Shown: positions 62,253 to 64,000 of the stretch, one piece after another
Position numbering within the stretch: position 1 is the stretch's first letter
Layout of the letters: each line of letters begins with the position of its first letter
Source: Thermodesulfovibrionales bacterium
Lineage (GTDB): Bacteria > Nitrospirota > Thermodesulfovibrionia > Thermodesulfovibrionales > SM23-35
Length of the DNA stretch: 64,000 nucleotides
Direction: 5' to 3'
Assembly (NCBI GenBank): GCA_963715195.1
Contig: CAVQRT010000007.1
Coordinates: 352,001-416,000 of the forward strand
Notes under the pieces: generated by a model
Told to the model about the DNA's origin: nothing
The model's database searches: none
What the model saw: only the letters and a program-made list of their open reading frames with translations
Translations under genes and position numbers: made by a program

Positions 62253-63474
62253 ACTTCCTGAAAACCAGCACAGCGTTTAATCCCCCGAAACCGAACGATT
62301 GACAAAGCGCAGTGTGCGGATGAGCGTGCCTGCATTCCGTAACATACTCAAGATCACATTCCGGGTCCCTCTCCAGCAAATTGATGGTCGGGAAGATAAC
62401 ACCATCCCTCAAACTCAACAAAGTAAGGGCTGCTTCGAGAGCACCCGATGCGGCAAGCATATGGCCTGTGAGAGATTTCAGAGCCGTGACCGGTATTAAA
62501 TATGCATCCTTTCCGAACACCCGTTTGATCGCTTCGGTTTCTGTTTTGTCTCCGAGACGGGTAGATGTCCCGTGGGCGCTTATAAAATGAATATCGCCCG
62601 GCTTCAACCGTGCTTCGTCGAGGGCTGACTGCATTGCCCGGGCTTCTCCCTGCGCAGAGGGAATTGTCTGGTGGAATGAGTCCGTTGTATTCCCATAGCC
62701 GATGACCTCACCATAGATTCCAACTCCCCTTCTTATTGCGCTTTCATATGGTTCAAGGACAAGGATGCACGCACCCTCCGACAGAATAAATCCGTCCCGG
62801 TTTCTGTCGAACGGCCTGCTCGCGAAGGAACCGGTTTTCCTTGAGAGAGCACCCGATACCCCATATCCTTCTATGCAGGTTCTGCAGACAGGAGCTTCGG
62901 TACCGCCGCATATTACTGGATGGCGGTAACCTGATTTCACCAACCGGTAAGCTTCCCCGATTGCACTCGATCCCGAAGCGCACGCGTTTGATATGCCGAG
63001 ACAATACCCGGTAATCCCAAGTTTTTGAGCAACGTATGACGATGCCATGCTGACCGTTGTAGAAGGCATAAGAAAAGCAGACATGCGCGAGGGATATGCT
63101 GTATGGTGTGACAGGTATTTTTTCCGGAGCGCCTTCTCTATCGTTCCAATCCCACCGCGGCTTGAACCGATAATGACACCGGCGGACTGCAGGGAATCTG
63201 TTCCTGTAAGGCCGGCGTCTGCTGTGGCCATGACTGCTGCAGCGACTGCATAATGAACAAACGGATCAAGACGGATTATTTCCTTGGGATTGAGATATGC
63301 TTCCGCATGGAAATCCTTCACGGTTCCAGCTGCTTTCCAGGGGATATCAGCAACATCGAATCCGGTAATCGCCTCTATTCCTGATTTTCCCGCCCTTGCC
63401 CGGGACCAGGTTTCCTCCAGGGAATTCCCGATAGGGCTGACTGCCCCTGCGCCTGTCACAACGACTCGATTCAT
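62242..63474 (-). CDS. fabF: Beta-ketoacyl-ACP synthase II-like
   Basis: RVVVTG, ACAS, HGTST, KSLTGH, SFGFGG. Confidence 0.9.
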   Translation of the reverse strand: MNRVVVTGAGAVSPIGNSLEETWSRARAGKSGIEAITGFDVADIPWKAAGTVKDFHAEAYLNPKEIIRLDPFVHYAVAAAVMATADAGLTGTDSLQSAGVIIGSSRGGIGTIEKALRKKYLSHHTAYPSRMSAFLMPSTTVSMASSYVAQKLGITGYCLGISNACASGSSAIGEAYRLVKSGYRHPVICGGTEAPVCRTCIEGYGVSGALSRKTGSFASRPFDRNRDGFILSEGACILVLEPYESAIRRGVGIYGEVIGYGNTTDSFHQTIPSAQGEARAMQSALDEARLKPGDIHFISAHGTSTRLGDKTETEAIKRVFGKDAYLIPVTALKSLTGHMLAASGALEAALTLLSLRDGVIFPTINLLERDPECDLEYVTECRHAHPHTALCQSFGFGGLNAVLVFRKFTS

Positions 63475-63625
63475 GCTCAGGGTATAATAGCACAATGATC
63501 GAAGACCCTCTGTTTCATTGCCCTTCCCGGCGGCATAATGGTATCATGAATGGAATTCGGCGGTACGGAATTGCTTGTTTCACCGTTGAACGGAAAATGG
63601 ACGTGGGATGAGATAATAGGGAATC

Positions 63626-64000
63626 ATGATAAGAAATACCTTCAGCATTCTGAACGGAATCGGCGATAAACTGGAACGGAAGCTCTGGGGTGCAGGCATC
63701 CTCACATGGGATAAATTTATCGGTGCCCCGGATATCACCTTCATAAGCGCACATAAGAAAACGTTTTTTGATGAATCTCTCTCGTCTGCCCTGAACGCAC
63801 TGGACCATGCAGACGCAGCCTATTTCGCCCGCGCTATCAAGAGGAGGGATCACTGGCGGCTATATGACATCTTCAAAGAAGAGTCGGCGTGTCTTGACAT
63901 AGAAACAAATGGTTTCATGCCGGGAGGCGGAGGTGTTGTCACCGTAATCGGAATTTACGACGGGTTCGATTACAAGTGCTTTATACGGGATGAAAACCTC
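63626..64000 (+). CDS. YprB-like RNase H-fold exonuclease, truncated by window end
   Basis: Read manually: MIRNTFSILNGIG..ERKLW.AGI.TW, HWRLY, CLDIETNG; absent from ORF track because no stop in window. Confidence 0.75.
   Translation, partial: MIRNTFSILNGIGDKLERKLWGAGILTWDKFIGAPDITFISAHKKTFFDESLSSALNALDHADAAYFARAIKRRDHWRLYDIFKEESACLDIETNGFMPGGGGVVTVIGIYDGFDYKCFIRDENL

Overview
A gene-dense, mostly housekeeping 64 kb chromosomal segment. Gene content suggests an anaerobic Gram-negative bacterium, plausibly Nitrospirota/Thermodesulfovibrionia or Desulfobacterota (inferred, not established). It contains dnaE-accA-uvrC, PBP1A, stand-alone atpB-atpE, hflX, a heme cluster (radical SAM/SPASM-hemE-hemH), a complete rnfCDGEAB operon, tyrS, rplU-rpmA-obgE, rplI-dnaB, a TetR-headed TolC/RND/EmrAB efflux cluster, scpB, a moeA fusion, galT-like-glgA, fabF and several two-component genes. 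No rRNA, tRNA, CRISPR array or transposase was recognised. Main observations: (1) rnfB is split in the ORF track by one in-frame TGA at the first Cys ligand of its N-terminal Fe-S motif, followed by a SECIS-like hairpin, so it is probably a selenocysteine-containing RnfB. (2) A CysRS paralog has remodelled Zn/substrate ligands and appears to lack the anticodon domain. (3) hflX probably starts at a non-canonical ATA overlapped by an out-of-frame uORF. (4) Many genes have a -10 box directly before the ATG with no SD (leaderless-like). (5) There are nested REP/MITE-like repeats. (6) Tandem HEAT-repeat and HD-GYP proteins share a similar N-terminal domain.
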